Source: an uncultured Alphaproteobacteria bacterium | Lineage (GTDB): Bacteria > Pseudomonadota > Alphaproteobacteria > RF32 > CAG-239 | Assembly: GCA_910577205.1 (NCBI GenBank) | Contig: CAJTMA010000007.1 | Span: 5,373 to 69,372 of the forward strand | Direction of reading: 5' to 3' | DNA: 64,000 nucleotides | Part shown: piece after piece, positions 7,824 to 17,200 of the stretch | How the letters are laid out: the number at the start of each line of letters is the position of its first letter | Numbering within the stretch: the stretch's first letter is position 1 | Translations under genes and position numbers: made by a program | Notes under the pieces: generated by a model | Databases searched by the model: none | The model's input: only the letters and a program-made list of their open reading frames with translations | What the model was told of the DNA's origin: nothing

Positions 7824-9886
7824 TGTTTTTGTTTCGCTTTTTTACGATTATTTTGTTTTAATTTTTGTTTGCGCTGTTTCTTTGACAGCTTGTTCTTCTT
7901 TTTGAACTTTTTAGGGGGCGCAAGTTCACACGCCTCAGCCAAAACAAAAGTCAGCGCGCCATTTAATGCCGAAGCTTCCGTCAGGCAGGCTGTCAACATA
8001 TCTCCGAGAATAAAACGCCGTCCGGTCTTAAGTCCGACCATTTCGGCATTTCCCTCAGAAATACAATAGGTATCTTTGGGCAGAGTACGCATTGGTATCA
8101 AACCGTCTGCTCCCAGATTTTCAATAGATACAAAAACGCCGGCATTTGTCAGCCCCGAAATTCTGACTTCAAAATCAGCCCCGACAGATGGCTGTAAATA
8201 AGCAGACACATAGCGGGCTATCGAATCGCGTTCGGCTTGTGCGGCGGTACGTTCAGTTTCACACAAATGTTCGCCAATTTGCTTAAACTGCCCTACGCTT
8301 GCACCATCTTCCAAAGCGCCGGCATCGGGCATCCCGCAAGCTTTAATCAGTGCGCGGTGCACCAACAAATCCGCATAGCGGCGGATTGGCGATGTAAAAT
8401 GCGCATAATCGCTTAATGCCAAGCCGAAGTGGCCGATATTTTCAGGGCTGTATTTTGCCTGACATTGCAGGCGCATAATCATGCTGTTTATGCCTGCTCC
8501 CATATTATGCTTGCGACTTTCATCCAACACCTTGTTTAAATGCGATGGCTTGAGCGACGGATAATTAGGAAGTTTCATATGCAAGCTGTGCAGCAAAGGA
8601 GCAAAATCTTTAAGTTTTTCTTCCAACGGTTTATCATGCACACGGAACATAACCGGCAGCTTACTTTGCTCCAAACGTTTGGCCGCAGAAACATTGGCGG
8701 CAATCATAAATTCTTCGACAATTTCGTGGCTCAAAAAATGTTCGGCACGGCCAACACAAAGTATGTTGCCGCCGGCATCGAGCTTAACCTTAACTTCTAC
8801 CGGATCAAGCTCCAAAGAGCCCCGCCGTTCTCTGGCCTTGCGTAAGGCAAAATAAGCTTCATAAAGCGGCTGGATAACGGTTTTAAATAACCCTTGTGTC
8901 TGCAGCGAATGTCTGCCCTCAAAAGCATTTTGAACTTCACGATACGTCAGGCGGGCGGCTGACTTCATTAAGGCGCGGCAAAACTCATAAGACAGAAGAT
9001 TGCCGTCATTGTCTATTTGCATTGAGCAAGCCAAGCAAGGGCGAATTTTTCCGGGGCGCAGAGAGCAAAGATCATTACTCAATATTTCCGGCAGCATAGG
9101 CACAACCAGCCCCGGCAAATATACCGAATTGCCGCGGCGGTATGCTTCGCGGTCAAGTTCAGCCCCGGGGCGCACATAACAGGCTACATCGGCAATCGCC
9201 ACGACCAAATGAAATCCGCCGTTTGTTTTTTCGGCATAGACTGCATCGTCAAAATCTTTGGAATCATCACCATCAATTGTAACCAGCGGCAGACGGGTCA
9301 AATCTTCCCTTCCGGCCGGGCAGTACCCCTTAAGGCGCGAAGCTTCTTTAAGAACACTCTCAGGAAAGACATCGCTGATGCCATATTTTTCCAATATGAT
9401 TAAATCGGTGGCTTTACTTAAATTAAAGCGCCCATAATTTTTAATGATTTTTGCCTGCTTGAATTTGCGTTCGCCAATGAGCGCTACTTTTACAAAATCT
9501 CCGGTTTGAGATGAGCCGATTTCATCCAGCAGATAATCCATGCGGGAATTTTTTTCGGCTGATTTGAGGTAGTATTTTCCGCCGCGTTCTTCAATCACAC
9601 CGTGAACCTGTTCAACTTCGCAGCCGGCGGCTTCAGTCCGCGCCAAAGGTTTTGCCCACCACACATCTTTTCTCAGCGACAAACGTGCAATAAAACGATC
9701 CCCCTCGGCAAGAGCCGGTTTGATTTTTCCATTACCAGAAAGATAGATTTTGTGCCCGAAAGGATTATCCTCGGGGTCAACGGTTACGGCCATTAAATCG
9801 CCATCTTCAGATATTCCGCTGACTTCCATCAGGCAATTGTCCGGAAGGCGGTTCTTTTTATTCTTCTTATATTTTTTATTACTCAT
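7820..9886 (-). CDS. rnr: Ribonuclease R (RNB domain)
   Basis: TIDGDDSKDFDDAV, YAHFTSPIRRYADLLVHR, S1-like region and Lys-rich tail. Confidence 0.93.
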   Translation of the reverse strand: MSNKKYKKNKKNRLPDNCLMEVSGISEDGDLMAVTVDPEDNPFGHKIYLSGNGKIKPALAEGDRFIARLSLRKDVWWAKPLARTEAAGCEVEQVHGVIEERGGKYYLKSAEKNSRMDYLLDEIGSSQTGDFVKVALIGERKFKQAKIIKNYGRFNLSKATDLIILEKYGISDVFPESVLKEASRLKGYCPAGREDLTRLPLVTIDGDDSKDFDDAVYAEKTNGGFHLVVAIADVACYVRPGAELDREAYRRGNSVYLPGLVVPMLPEILSNDLCSLRPGKIRPCLACSMQIDNDGNLLSYEFCRALMKSAARLTYREVQNAFEGRHSLQTQGLFKTVIQPLYEAYFALRKARERRGSLELDPVEVKVKLDAGGNILCVGRAEHFLSHEIVEEFMIAANVSAAKRLEQSKLPVMFRVHDKPLEEKLKDFAPLLHSLHMKLPNYPSLKPSHLNKVLDESRKHNMGAGINSMIMRLQCQAKYSPENIGHFGLALSDYAHFTSPIRRYADLLVHRALIKACGMPDAGALEDGASVGQFKQIGEHLCETERTAAQAERDSIARYVSAYLQPSVGADFEVRISGLTNAGVFVSIENLGADGLIPMRTLPKDTYCISEGNAEMVGLKTGRRFILGDMLTACLTEASALNGALTFVLAEACELAPPKKFKKKNKLSKKQRKQKLKQNNRKKAKQKQ

Positions 9887-10683
9887 TTATCTCTTATTTC
9901 CGCAATCAGGGCTGTATGGTCAGACGGCTTTGAACCGGCTCGCGGCGATTTGTCGACACTGCAGGCAACCAAACGGTCAGCAGCTTTCGGGGACAGCCAC
10001 AAGTAATCAATGCGCAGCCCCATGTCATTAGCAAACGCCCCTCCGGCATAATCCCAATAAGTATAACCGTTGAGCGGCAGCGGATACAACGCACGAAAAG
10101 CATCTGTCCAGCCTTGATATTCAATAGCTTTTAAGCGCTGGACAACCTCAGGGCGAAACAGCGCATTGTTTCGAAACAGCTCGGGATTATAAACGTCATT
10201 ATCCGTTAGAATAACATTAAAATCTCCCCCAAGGATGACCGGTTCCTGCACGTGCAGCAATTCATCGGTATGTTTAAACAAAGCTTCCATCCAGCGCAAC
10301 TTATAGGCAAATTTAGAAGTATCGTCCGGGTCGTTATAAGGCGGGTTGCCGTTGGGCAGATAAATGGACGCCACGCGAACATTTTCACCATTGACAGCCA
10401 CAACGGCTTCAAGGTAACGCGCCTGATCATCCTCAAACCCGGGAAGTCCCTCTCTCACGACTTTGATTTTATGCCGGCTCAACACTGCCACACCATTATA
10501 ACTTTTCTGCCCCCAAATTTTGGCATCATATCCCACAGTCTGAAAATCAAAAAACGGAAAGCTGTTAAACTCGGTTTTAATTTCCTGCAGCAAGACGATA
10601 TCCGGCTGGACCTTTTCCAGCCAGGGCAGCAGGTTTTCCAAACGAGCATTAACAGAATTGACATTGAACGTGGCGATTTTCAT
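9883..10683 (-). CDS. xth: Exodeoxyribonuclease III
   Basis: MKIATFNVNS, LQEIK, YLPNGN, GDFNV, GLRIDY, PSDH. Confidence 0.96.
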   Translation of the reverse strand: MKIATFNVNSVNARLENLLPWLEKVQPDIVLLQEIKTEFNSFPFFDFQTVGYDAKIWGQKSYNGVAVLSRHKIKVVREGLPGFEDDQARYLEAVVAVNGENVRVASIYLPNGNPPYNDPDDTSKFAYKLRWMEALFKHTDELLHVQEPVILGGDFNVILTDNDVYNPELFRNNALFRPEVVQRLKAIEYQGWTDAFRALYPLPLNGYTYWDYAGGAFANDMGLRIDYLWLSPKAADRLVACSVDKSPRAGSKPSDHTALIAEIRDK

Positions 10684-10749
10684 TTTATACCTTTTTTAAA
10701 CTGTTTGTTATAATGTAATGCAAAATTATATCGTTGGAAAGGGAAAAAT

Positions 10750-11904
10750 ATGGAACTTGCAAATTATGCTTTAACTCCTGAAAAAAGCAGGGGGCGTTTG
10801 TATGCGGATTTTACGAATGTCATCCGCTCTCCTTTTCAACGTGACAGGGACAGGCTGATCCATTCTTCGGCATTCCGTCGTTTGGACGGGAAAACCCAAG
10901 TGTTTGCCTACCACGAGGGCAAGAATTACCGCACACGGCTGACACATAGTATTGAAGTTGCCCAAATCACCAGAACGATTTGCAAATCGCTTAACCTGAA
11001 CGAAGAACTCGGCGAAGCTATCGCGCTGGCCCATGACCTCGGCCATTCGCCTTTCGGCCATGCAGGAGAGCGCGGTTTACAAAATGCCATGTCGAAATTC
11101 GGCGGATTTGACCACAACATCCAATCTCTCAAAATCATGACCAAGCTTGAAAGGCATTATCCGGAATTTCCCGGACTGAACCTAACATGGGAAACACTGG
11201 AAGGCACGGTTAAACATAATGGCCCGATTAAAAAAGTCACTAATGACTATTTGAAAAACTTTAACAAACAATATGATTTGGATTTGAAAAATTATCCGTC
11301 TATGGAAGGGCAAGTCGGCGCAGCGGCAGATGATATCGCATATAACAACCATGATATTGATGATGGTTTCAACGCCGGATTTTTCACCATAAGCCAACTG
11401 CGGGAGCTGCCGTTTATTAACCAGATTCTTACTGATTTTGAAAAAAGCAATCCCGGGAGCGATGACAAGCTGAAGATTTACGCCGTCACCCGCAATATGA
11501 TTGCACGAATGATTTTTGATGTGATGCGCAACACCAAAAATAATTTGAAAAAATTTAATATCCAAAGCGATGCTGACGTACGGAAGCAAAAATCGCTGAC
11601 AGTAGATTTCTCCGCGGAAATGAAAGATGAAATCAAGCAACTGCGCTCTTTCCTCAAAGAATATTTTTATACCCACACCAGTGTTGCGCGAATGGATATG
11701 AAATCGCAGAAAATTATTGAAGAGCTGTTTAATGTTTTTATGAATGACTATAAATTATTGCCTATGGATTTGCGCGGCCGCCTTTCCTCCTGCCGCAAAG
11801 ATGCCGAAGCAGCAGAAATCATTTGCGAGTATATTGCCTGCATGACTGATATGTCCGCCGTTGAAGAACACCGCAAACTCTTTGACGTTCATACCAGATT
11901 TTGA
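10750..11904 (+). CDS. dgt: Deoxyguanosinetriphosphate triphosphohydrolase
   Basis: FQRDRDRLIHSSAFRRL, RTRLTHS, AHDLGHSPFGHAGE, ADDIAY. Confidence 0.95.
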   Translation: MELANYALTPEKSRGRLYADFTNVIRSPFQRDRDRLIHSSAFRRLDGKTQVFAYHEGKNYRTRLTHSIEVAQITRTICKSLNLNEELGEAIALAHDLGHSPFGHAGERGLQNAMSKFGGFDHNIQSLKIMTKLERHYPEFPGLNLTWETLEGTVKHNGPIKKVTNDYLKNFNKQYDLDLKNYPSMEGQVGAAADDIAYNNHDIDDGFNAGFFTISQLRELPFINQILTDFEKSNPGSDDKLKIYAVTRNMIARMIFDVMRNTKNNLKKFNIQSDADVRKQKSLTVDFSAEMKDEIKQLRSFLKEYFYTHTSVARMDMKSQKIIEELFNVFMNDYKLLPMDLRGRLSSCRKDAEAAEIICEYIACMTDMSAVEEHRKLFDVHTRF

Positions 11905-11980
11905 GAAAATGATTAAGGGCTTGTAAAGGATTTTTGTTTATAGTAGCAGAAAAAAGTATTGCATTAACAGGAGACAACAT

Positions 11981-12928
11981 ATGTTTCAGGAATTTCCGGA
12001 AGACAATAAGGGCGATGATTTTTTGAATGAATTTCGCCAGAAAATTGCCGATCAATCCTCAGCTAATCTTGAAGAAAGACGCAACGAATTGAAACGCTCA
12101 AAAAGCGTGTTTATCGGCGCTGTTTCCGGCGTGGCATTGGCCGGCGTTGTCGGCTGGTTTATTTTGGCGCCGCAATATGCCGATAATGGCAATGTCGAAA
12201 TTCCGGTTATCCGCAGACCGCAGACGGCCGTTAAAGTTCAGCCGAGCGAGCCCGGAGGAATGGAGATTCTGAATCAGGACAAGAGTGTTTATGACATCAT
12301 TGAAAAGAAAGACAATGAACCTGTCGTAGAAAATCTGCTGCCGCCGCCCGAACAGCCGAAGCTGCCGGAAATCATTGCCAGCGCGCCATTACCGATTGAA
12401 CCTGCTGTGGTAAACACTGCAGACAACCAATTGCACAGCAATGATATTGCTCCTGAAAAAACGATTGGTTCTGCGCCGGTTCAAGCCGTCAGAGAAAACG
12501 TGCCGGCTGCCATTTCTCAACAGACTGGGGATGCTCCTGAAGCCAAAGTTGTCGGCTTAAAAGAAGTTGTTCAGCAGGAAAATGCCAAAGCGGCAAATAA
12601 CGTTGTTACCGTTCCGGCAAAAGCTCCGGAAATCGTTCAGGCTGAACCTAAAAAAGCGGAAGCTCCGAAGAAAGCAGTCACCGGAATGTGGCAGATTCAG
12701 CTGATGTCTTCTCCGAATAAACAAGCTGTCGAGAAAGCATGGGTTTCTTTGACAAAGAAATATAAAATGCTGGCTAACCAGCCTCATGAAATTGAAGCCG
12801 CGGACTTAGATTTTGACAAGACATTTTATCGTTTGAAAGCTGGCGCTTTCGCTGACCGCAGCGGTGCTGATGAATTATGCAAAGACATCAAAGCTCTCGG
12901 CGGAACTTGTATCGTAAAGAAAAAATAA
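11981..12928 (+). CDS. SPOR-domain membrane-anchored protein
   Basis: One TM, KVQPSEPGGME motif, Pro/Ala linker, C-terminal SPOR (WQIQLMS...FYRLKAGAF...LCKDIK..GGTCIV). Confidence 0.88.
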   Translation: MFQEFPEDNKGDDFLNEFRQKIADQSSANLEERRNELKRSKSVFIGAVSGVALAGVVGWFILAPQYADNGNVEIPVIRRPQTAVKVQPSEPGGMEILNQDKSVYDIIEKKDNEPVVENLLPPPEQPKLPEIIASAPLPIEPAVVNTADNQLHSNDIAPEKTIGSAPVQAVRENVPAAISQQTGDAPEAKVVGLKEVVQQENAKAANNVVTVPAKAPEIVQAEPKKAEAPKKAVTGMWQIQLMSSPNKQAVEKAWVSLTKKYKMLANQPHEIEAADLDFDKTFYRLKAGAFADRSGADELCKDIKALGGTCIVKKK

Positions 12929-12929
12929 G

Positions 12930-13586
12930 ATGTGGAACGACCTGGTTTTTAAATTCATTCCCCTGATGGCAGCGATAATTCTGCATGAAGTTGCCCATGG
13001 TTATGCGGCATTATGGATGGGGGATGACACGGCTCAGAAACAAGGGCGTTTGTCATTTAACCCGCTTAAGCATATTGACCCGTTCGGAACAATCTTGCTG
13101 CCATTAATGTTATGGATAGCCCATGCCGGAATTATTCTCGGCTGGGCTAAGCCTGTTCCTGTCGATTTCAGCAATCTGAAACATCCCCGCAAAGGGATGT
13201 TTTGGGTGTCTGCCGCAGGGATTATCATGAACATCTGGCTGGCAATCATTTCAGCCTTGCTTATGCTGTTGATTCCATTTGTTCACAGCCCGTATATGCA
13301 AATGGTTTTGAATTTATTCTTCCTGAACATGATTGTTTATAACATTGTCATCGCCTTATTTAACGCTTTGCCCATTCCGCCGCTGGACGGTTCTAAGATT
13401 TTCTTTGGCTGGATTAACAAACCTTGGGCGGTCAAATATATCAATTCAGGTAAAACCGGACTGGCAATCATTGTTTTTCTGGTTTTCATTCTGCCGGAAA
13501 TCGGACGGGCATTTGGCTGGAACTGGAATCTATTCCGCCATTATATTATTGGCTCTACCCGTTTTTTAACTTCCCTTTTGGTATAG
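12930..13586 (+). CDS. Site-2 protease (M50) family protein
   Basis: LHEVAHG, GWAKPVPV, FNALPIPPLDG. Confidence 0.93.
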   Translation: MWNDLVFKFIPLMAAIILHEVAHGYAALWMGDDTAQKQGRLSFNPLKHIDPFGTILLPLMLWIAHAGIILGWAKPVPVDFSNLKHPRKGMFWVSAAGIIMNIWLAIISALLMLLIPFVHSPYMQMVLNLFFLNMIVYNIVIALFNALPIPPLDGSKIFFGWINKPWAVKYINSGKTGLAIIVFLVFILPEIGRAFGWNWNLFRHYIIGSTRFLTSLLV

Positions 13587-13595
13587 GATGCAGAT

Positions 13596-14666
13596 ATGGA
13601 ACAGCCGATTTTAGCAGCAATGCTTTCTCTTTCATCCACACGTCTGGGGGATGATGAAAAGCGGCTTTTAGCAAAATACAATCCTCTGGGCATCAGTTTA
13701 TTCGGAAGAAATATTGAAAATCTGCCGCAAGTTAAGGCTCTGGTTAAAGAGATAAAGGAAACCATCGGCAGAGATGACATCCTCATTGCCGTTGATCAAG
13801 AAGGCGGGCGAGTTTGCAGGCTGCAGGGCGATGGTTTTTATCCGCTGGCCTCAATGCAGCAATTAGGCAAAATTGCCGCAGAAAAGTCAATGGAACTTGC
13901 CACAGTAACGGCAGCGCAGCACGTTGCCTTAACTTGCTGTGATTTGAAAAAATCCGGAATTAATTTTAATTATGCTCCGGTATTGGACAAGGCTTATCCC
14001 GATACAACTCCTGCCCTGCGCAGCCGCTGTCTGGGCGAAGATGAAAAACTGATTGCAAAGCTTGGCAGAGCTATGCTGCAGGAATATGCCGTTAACCACA
14101 TTTGCCCTTGCATCAAACATCTGCCCGGCCATGGGCGGGCTGTCGTTGACCCGCATTTGCATTTGCCGGTTATTCATGCGTCGCTGAAAGAATTAGAAAA
14201 AGATTTTTATCCTTTCCAACAGTTAAGCGATGCGCCGGCAGGTATGACGGCTCACGTTGTTATTGAAGCCGTAGACAATTTGCCGGCAACGCAATCGCCA
14301 AAAGTTATTAATGAAATTATTCGCGGCGCAATCGGATTTGACGGGTTGTTGATTTCTGATGCAATTGACATGAAGGCACTGACAGGAACAAGCGCAGAAA
14401 AAGCCGCCGCTTCACTGGCTGCCGGCTGTGATGCCGTTTGCTACTGCTCGGGAAATATTAGTGAGATGGAAAGCGTTTGCCGAGCTTGCACAAATTTAGC
14501 GGATAAATCATTAATTCGGTTTGCCAAAGTGAAAAATATCATACAAAGTGAAGTTAACATAAATGCGTTAGCTGATGAGTATTACCGGACTGTCGGCACG
14601 ATTGAAACTTATGACAGCCAGTATGATGCCACAGAAGTATTACACCAAATGCAACAAAAAAATTAA
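13596..14666 (+). CDS. nagZ: Beta-N-acetylhexosaminidase (GH3)
   Basis: AVDQEGGRV, IKHLPGHG..VDPH, ISDAIDM. Confidence 0.92.
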   Translation: MEQPILAAMLSLSSTRLGDDEKRLLAKYNPLGISLFGRNIENLPQVKALVKEIKETIGRDDILIAVDQEGGRVCRLQGDGFYPLASMQQLGKIAAEKSMELATVTAAQHVALTCCDLKKSGINFNYAPVLDKAYPDTTPALRSRCLGEDEKLIAKLGRAMLQEYAVNHICPCIKHLPGHGRAVVDPHLHLPVIHASLKELEKDFYPFQQLSDAPAGMTAHVVIEAVDNLPATQSPKVINEIIRGAIGFDGLLISDAIDMKALTGTSAEKAAASLAAGCDAVCYCSGNISEMESVCRACTNLADKSLIRFAKVKNIIQSEVNINALADEYYRTVGTIETYDSQYDATEVLHQMQQKN

Positions 14667-14680
14667 ATAAGGAGAAAGAG

Positions 14681-14917
14681 ATGTTTTCAGGTTTTTGGGG
14701 CTGGTTTTTAGTTGTTGTTATTGTTGCCGTCATCTTTGGGGCGGGCAAGCTTCCTGACTTGCAAAAAGAAGCAGAAGAAAAACTAAAATTAGGTTTGGCC
14801 GCTTTGGAAAAAGGCAAAGAAGAATTAAATAAAAAACTTGCCGAGAAAGCTCAAAAAGCCAAAAATAATTCTAAAAATGACTCCCCTAAGAATGATAAAA
14901 CGACTGATGGCGAATAA
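14681..14917 (+). CDS. tatA: Twin-arginine translocase TatA/E-like subunit
   Basis: N-terminal TM, IFGAGKLP hinge, amphipathic helix; lies after nagZ. Confidence 0.75.
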   Translation: MFSGFWGWFLVVVIVAVIFGAGKLPDLQKEAEEKLKLGLAALEKGKEELNKKLAEKAQKAKNNSKNDSPKNDKTTDGE

Positions 14918-15055
14918 GAAATCCGCATTAAAAAATTCAAGCTGTAACTTAATTGGTTACAGCTTTTTTTTATTATCTGCCACAAAAAACAAAAAAAGAT
15001 GGATTTTCAACTATATTTATGCTAGCATAACAGTATAAACCATTGGAGAAGAGCA

Positions 15056-15493
15056 ATGAGTGTATCGGCAACCAGTAAAGTGTCCAGCTCTTCCTCCCCG
15101 CTGAAACGCACAGAACGTCGTTATGGCACAGGGGCTGAAGGGAATCCTTTTGTGGAAAACATTGACACCACAAATAATGTTTTGGTTCGGGATGAATCCG
15201 GCGAAGACAGACAACAAAAATCAGCTTATGACAATCAGGAAAAAGAAACCAAACGGGACAGCATTTCCGCTTCTCCGGCTTTTGTGTCTTCTGCGGCTAT
15301 AGAAGCTCTCAGCGCCAGCGGCGTTTATGAAATTTCTGACGAAGCAGTTGATTCTGCCCACCATAAAGTCAATGTATATGATAACAACAAAGCAATTATC
15401 GGGGATGACAACGATAATGCCGCAGATAACCCCTATCTAAAACACTTATACGAAAAAAACAAAATTTTAGAAGAAGTCGACGAGTTTGTTTGA
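15056..15493 (+). CDS. Hypothetical protein, acidic and low-complexity
   Basis: 145-aa ORF with GGAGA RBS; no recognisable motif. Confidence 0.65.
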   Translation: MSVSATSKVSSSSSPLKRTERRYGTGAEGNPFVENIDTTNNVLVRDESGEDRQQKSAYDNQEKETKRDSISASPAFVSSAAIEALSASGVYEISDEAVDSAHHKVNVYDNNKAIIGDDNDNAADNPYLKHLYEKNKILEEVDEFV

Positions 15494-15552
15494 ATGTTTT
15501 GCACTAGACGTCATTGCCCTAAAACCAGCGCAAAGCTCATTTAAAATACAGC

Positions 15553-16538
15553 TTTTATCACCTAATTATCTATCTCCTTTAGACCAACAAAAAATCGCCC
15601 CTCATTAATGATTGACAGATTACTTTCGATGTGCTATTCTACATTCAGGCTTTGATTCAGTTATATTTGTGAGGTGTATTATGAAAATAATCAGCAAATC
15701 TTTGTTATGGTCTTCGGCATTCTCCTTAGTTCTGCCGCAGACTGCTTTCGCTTCCTTATCTTCGGCGTATGCCTCCCTCGTAGACACAAGCCAAAACCAA
15801 GCCTTTGAATCAAGGCCTGCACAATTTCTTAAATTAGCGGCGGTGCATTTTATCACCAATGACGGCGGTTTGAACTTTGGCGGAAGCAATCCCGGCGGAC
15901 AAGAGTTTAATCCCGGTGACTTATGCAAATCACGGGGCTATTTGCATAAAGGCTGTCCTGCCGGATATATTCCCGGTGAAGCCTGTACCGAAGACAGCTC
16001 CTTTGTTAAAGAATGCATTGACCCGGACACCTGGTGTCGCGGCAATGGATATAATGTAACGTCTTGTACCTTGCCTAAATATTTGTCCGGCAAATGTCCG
16101 CACAGCTCAACCTTATATAAATCCTGTGAAACAGATAATGCCCGGGCTTGCCGAGATGCCGGATATGCCTCCAGTTGTGAGGTCGGCAAAATCGGGGACA
16201 GAGCTTGCCCTTATGACAGTAAATACAAGACTTGCGTGTGTAATCCCTGCGCGGGGTTTGCCTATACCTCAGCACAAGCTTCGGCGCAGGGTTACGTCCC
16301 GGGTGAAGTCTGTAACTCCTGCGGCACAATGAAATACAAACGCAGCGAAGCGCCTTGCGATGGCTTCAAGACTTGCGACTGCGGCGGGGCGACCGGCGCT
16401 AAAACTTGCTGGAGCGGCACGGTCAAAAAGTTTGACACCTGCAAGGAGTGCTGCGACACGTCGAAATATAAATATGATTCTTCAAACTGCACCGGAGGCA
16501 ATCAGCTGGCAGGTAATTCCTGCGGCGGGAAATATGAC
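15553..16538 (+). repeat. ~1-kb near-identical repeat, copy A (inverted relative to copy B at 54098-55084)
   Basis: Upstream region, promoter, signal peptide and Cys-rich stalk match the reverse complement of copy B with scattered substitutions. Confidence 0.95.
15612..15640 (+). promoter_or_regulatory. Sigma70-type promoter of Cys-rich gene A
   Basis: TTGACA-N17-TATTCT; the same hexamers are present in copy B. Confidence 0.65.
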
Positions 16539-17156
16539 ACCTGTAAAGCTCCGTTACAGTATTTGTATTCCGATAAGACATTAAGCTCGGAAGTTATTCC
16601 CAGTAAAAGCATTATTGGTATTGCCGTTGATCCCGAAAACAGGCTGGCGGTCGCCATTGATTACATCAAAGGCAAAGAATGGGGCGGTTACAAAACAGAT
16701 ATTCCAACTTTGGAAAATACGCCCAAAGCCGGGGCTGGTGTTTATGTCAGAGAAGAACGGAAAACTTATGGTATCAGAGATGGTAAGGCCAATACCGCTA
16801 AAATACTAGCTTACGGACGAACCAGCGGTACACCATATCCTATGGCTGAGGCTGCGAATAATTATCAGCCCAGCGCTTGTTCTGCAAGCAGCTGGTGCGG
16901 CAAGGGGAATTGGTATTTACCGTCAAACTGGCAGGTATTCCCTTATTTTGACAACCGAGAAACCATTCTTAATATGTTGGAAGCAATTGGTAAGTTACCG
17001 AATGACTGGTGGTATACAAAAGATGATTTTTATATTCAAACCTCTAATGAAATTAACGCCAGTGAAGCCGGATTTATTTACATCAATATCGGGCTAATGG
17101 CCCATGGCGCTAAAAACAATGACCAAGCGCTAGGATTAATATATATAACTTATTAA
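15681..17156 (+). CDS. Secreted Cys-rich repeat protein with variable C-terminal domain (paralog A, 491 aa)
   Basis: GAGGTG RBS then MKIISKSLLWSS...AFA signal peptide; 26 Cys in the ~207-aa stalk; C-terminal domain with GKANTAKILA and WYLPS. Confidence 0.85.
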   Translation: MKIISKSLLWSSAFSLVLPQTAFASLSSAYASLVDTSQNQAFESRPAQFLKLAAVHFITNDGGLNFGGSNPGGQEFNPGDLCKSRGYLHKGCPAGYIPGEACTEDSSFVKECIDPDTWCRGNGYNVTSCTLPKYLSGKCPHSSTLYKSCETDNARACRDAGYASSCEVGKIGDRACPYDSKYKTCVCNPCAGFAYTSAQASAQGYVPGEVCNSCGTMKYKRSEAPCDGFKTCDCGGATGAKTCWSGTVKKFDTCKECCDTSKYKYDSSNCTGGNQLAGNSCGGKYDTCKAPLQYLYSDKTLSSEVIPSKSIIGIAVDPENRLAVAIDYIKGKEWGGYKTDIPTLENTPKAGAGVYVREERKTYGIRDGKANTAKILAYGRTSGTPYPMAEAANNYQPSACSASSWCGKGNWYLPSNWQVFPYFDNRETILNMLEAIGKLPNDWWYTKDDFYIQTSNEINASEAGFIYINIGLMAHGAKNNDQALGLIYITY

Positions 17157-17166
17157 TTGCCATATT

Positions 17167-17200
17167 AAAACTCCGGGAAAATTCCCGGAGTTTTGTTTTT
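17167..17200. terminator. Bidirectional terminator
   Basis: AAAACTCCGGGAA-AA-TTCCCGGAGTTTT. Confidence 0.8.

Noticed and set aside
15612..15680. ORF-track N-terminal extension MTDYFRC... (and MTDCFQC... in paralog B)
   Set aside because: The TTG 'start' is the -35 TTGACA box; the RBS and signal peptide point to ATG 15681 and 54956.
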